Source: Eledone cirrhosa (taxonomy: Eukaryota). From it: a stretch of DNA of 64,000 nucleotides. The notes beneath the pieces were generated by a model. That model was not told the DNA's origin. It saw only the letters and a program-made list of their open reading frames with translations, and did not search any database. The stretch is from positions 12,214,001 to 12,278,000 of the forward strand of contig OZ024744.1 of NCBI GenBank assembly GCA_964016885.1, read 5' to 3'. Position 1 is the stretch's first letter; the number at the start of each line of letters is the position of its first letter. Position numbers and translations under genes: made by a program. Positions 61,501 to 64,000 of this stretch are shown here, piece by piece.

Positions 61501-64000
61501 TCTCTTTGACCATCTAATGACTGTCTATAACATAAAACATTCTATTTGTCCATCTAATGACGATCTATAACATAAAACATACTATGTGACCATCTAATCA
61601 CTGTCTATAACATAAAACATTCTATTTGTCCATCTAATGACTGTCTATAACATAAAACATTCTATTTGTCCATCTAATGACGGTCTATAACATAAAACAT
61701 TCTATTTGTCCAGATAATGACTGTCTATAACATAAAACATTCTATGTGACCATCTAATGACTGTCTATATAATTAAATATTCTATTTGTCCATCTAATGA
61801 CGGTCTATAACATAAAACATTCTATTTGTCCATCTAATGTCTGTCTATAACATAAAACATTCTATTTGACAATCTAATGACTGTCTATAACACAGACAAT
61901 TCTATTTGACCATCTAATGACTGTCTATAACATAACACATTCTATTTCACCATCTAATGACTGTCTAGAACGTAAAACATTCTATTTAACCATCTAATGA
62001 CGGTATATAACATAAAACATTCTATTTGACCATCTAATGACTGTCTATAACATAAAACATTATATGTGACCATCTAATGACGGTCTATAACATAAAACAT
62101 TATATTTGTCGATCTAATGACGGTCTATAACATTAAACATTCTATTTCACCATCTAATGACTGTCTATAACATAAAACATTCTACTTGACAATCTAATGA
62201 CTGTCTATATCACAGAACATTCTATTTGACCATCTAATGACTGTCTATAACATAAAACATTCTATTTTACTATGTAATGACTGTCTATAACATAAAACAT
62301 TCTATTTGACCATCTAATGACGGTCTATTACATAAAACATTCTATTTGACCATCTAATGACTGTCTATAACATGAAACATTATATTTGTCCATCTAGTGA
62401 CGATCTATAACATAAAACATACTATGTGACCATCTAATCACTGTCTATAACATAAAACATTTTATTTGTCCATCTAATGACTGTCCATAACATAAAACAT
62501 TCTATTTGTCCATCTAATGACGGTCTATAACATAAAACATTCTATTTGTCCATATAATGACTGTCTATAACATAAAACATTCTATGTGACCATCTAATGA
62601 CTGTCTATAACATAAAACATTCTATTTGTCCATCTAATGACGGTCTATAACATAAAACATTCTATTTGTCCATCTAATGTCTGTCTATAACATAAAACAT
62701 TCTATTTGATAATCTAATGACTGTCTATAACACATAACATTCTATTTGACCATCTAATGACTGTCTATAACATAAAACATTCTATTTGACTATCTAATGA
62801 CTGTCTATAACATAAAACATTCTATTTGACCATCTAATGACTGTCTATAACATAACACATTCTATTTCACCATCTAATGACTGTCTAGAACGTAAAACAT
62901 TCTATTTAACCATCTAATGACGTTATATAACATAAAACATTCTATTTGACCATCTAATGACTGTCTATAACATAAAACATTCTATGTGACCATCTAATGA
63001 CTGTCTATAACATAAAACATTCTATTTGTCCATCTAATGACGGTCTATAACATAAAACATTATATTTGTCGATCTAATGACGGTCTATAACATTAAACAT
63101 TCTATTTCACCATCTAATGACTGTCTATAACATTAAACATTCTACTTGACAATCTAATGACTGTCTATAACACAGAACATTCTATTTGACCATCTAATGA
63201 CTGTCTATAACATAAAACATTCTATTTTACTATCTAATGACTGTCTATAACATAAAACATTCTATTTGACCATCTAATGACTCTCTATTACATAACACAT
63301 TCTATTTCACCATCGAATGACTGTCTAGAACGTAAAACATTCTATTTAGCCATCTAATGACGGTATATAACATAAAACATTCTATTTGACCATCTAATGA
63401 CTTTCTATAACATAAAACATTCTATTTGACCATCTAATGACTGTCTATAAGATAAAACATTCTATGTGACCATCTAATGACTGTCTATAACATAAAACAT
63501 TCTATTTGTCCATCTAATGACAGTCTATAACATAACACATTATATTTCACCATCTAATGAGGGTCTATAACATGCAACATTCTATTTCACCATCTAATGA
63601 CTGTCTATAACATAAAATATTCTATGTGACCATCTAATGACTGTCTATAACATAAAACATTCTATTTGTCCATCTAATGACTGTCTAGAACATAAAACAT
63701 TCTATTTGACCATCTAATGACTGTCTATAACATAACACATTCTATTTTACCATCTAATGACTATCTAGAACGTAAAACATTCTATTTAACCATCTAATGA
63801 CGGTATATAACATAAGACATTCTATTTAACCATCTAATGACGGTCTATAACATAAAACATTCTATTTGACCATCTAATGACTGTCTATATCATGAAACAT
63901 TCTATTTGTCCATCTAATGACAGTCTATAACATAAAACATTCTATGTGACCATCTAATGACTGTCTATAACATAAAACATTCTATTTGTCCATCTAATGA

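Larger units (their letters stand above)
1..64000. repeat. 40-bp AT-rich satellite tandem array, ~1,600 head-to-tail monomers; consensus ATAAAACATTCTATTTG(A/T)CCATCTAATGAC(T/G)GTCTATAAC
   Basis: The 40-bp period is visible on every line (e.g. 33741-33780 is an exact consensus copy). Monomers mostly differ from consensus by 0-4 substitutions. No inversion or foreign insertion was seen, and the array is truncated by both window edges. Confidence 0.99.
24141..64000. repeat. Right domain: higher-order repeat array with a basic unit of ~3,560 bp (89 monomers) plus length variants
   Basis: The marker CATGCAA recurs at exactly 3,560 bp three times (24181->27741, 28261->31821, 54814->58374) and at 3,520 bp twice (33140->36660, 37900->41420). 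The marker AATTAAATAT occurs at 25941, 30021, 34940, 39700, 42940, 48057, 53014, 56574 and 61771. The order of variant monomers is conserved between units. Confidence 0.9.

Noticed and set aside
1-64000. CRISPR array (regular ~40-bp repeats)
   Set aside because: There are no unique spacers. The whole monomer is conserved and copies abut directly, with no leader or cas genes.
1-64000. Repetitive protein-coding ORF on either strand
   Set aside because: Each monomer carries several stops (TAA/TGA on +; three TAG on -). Because 40 is not a multiple of 3, every frame meets a stop within about 120 bp.
1-64000. Telomeric repeat, G-quadruplex or CENP-B box
   Set aside because: There are no G-runs on either strand sufficient for G4, no short telomere motif, and no match to the TTCG....A..CGGG CENP-B box.
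1-64000. Variant order as an information-bearing code or diversity-generating cassette system
   Set aside because: The variant order is explained by nested duplication, deletion and conversion. No recombinase, reverse transcriptase or expression locus is present in the window.
1-64000. Assignment to a named satellite family or species
   Set aside because: I do not recognise the consensus with confidence; this needs a Dfam/Repbase/BLAST search.

Overview
The whole 64 kb window is one uninterrupted, single-orientation tandem array of an AT-rich 40-bp monomer. The consensus is ATAAAACATTCTATTTG(A/T)CCATCTAATGAC(T/G)GTCTATAAC, about 28-30% GC, with roughly 1,600 copies, and the array runs off both ends. 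I find no coding regions, RNA genes, transposons, CRISPR spacers or unique DNA. It looks like eukaryotic satellite DNA (heterochromatic, possibly centromeric), but I cannot name the family or organism. The information lies in the order of variant monomers. Three layers are visible: an indel-rich left domain (1-~12,190), a transitional domain (~12,190-24,140), and a homogeneous right domain (~24,140-64,000) built on a ~3,560-bp (89-monomer) higher-order repeat (HOR). The right domain carries near-identical tandem duplications of 4,080, ~4,760 and 4,957 bp. Traces of individual recombination or repair events can be read: a 33-bp microhomology deletion, a length-neutral conversion patch, mosaic junctions, and 1-bp indels that are all deletions. 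All comparisons were made by eye, so boundaries are approximate to about one monomer. I cannot support a novel gene-based system here.
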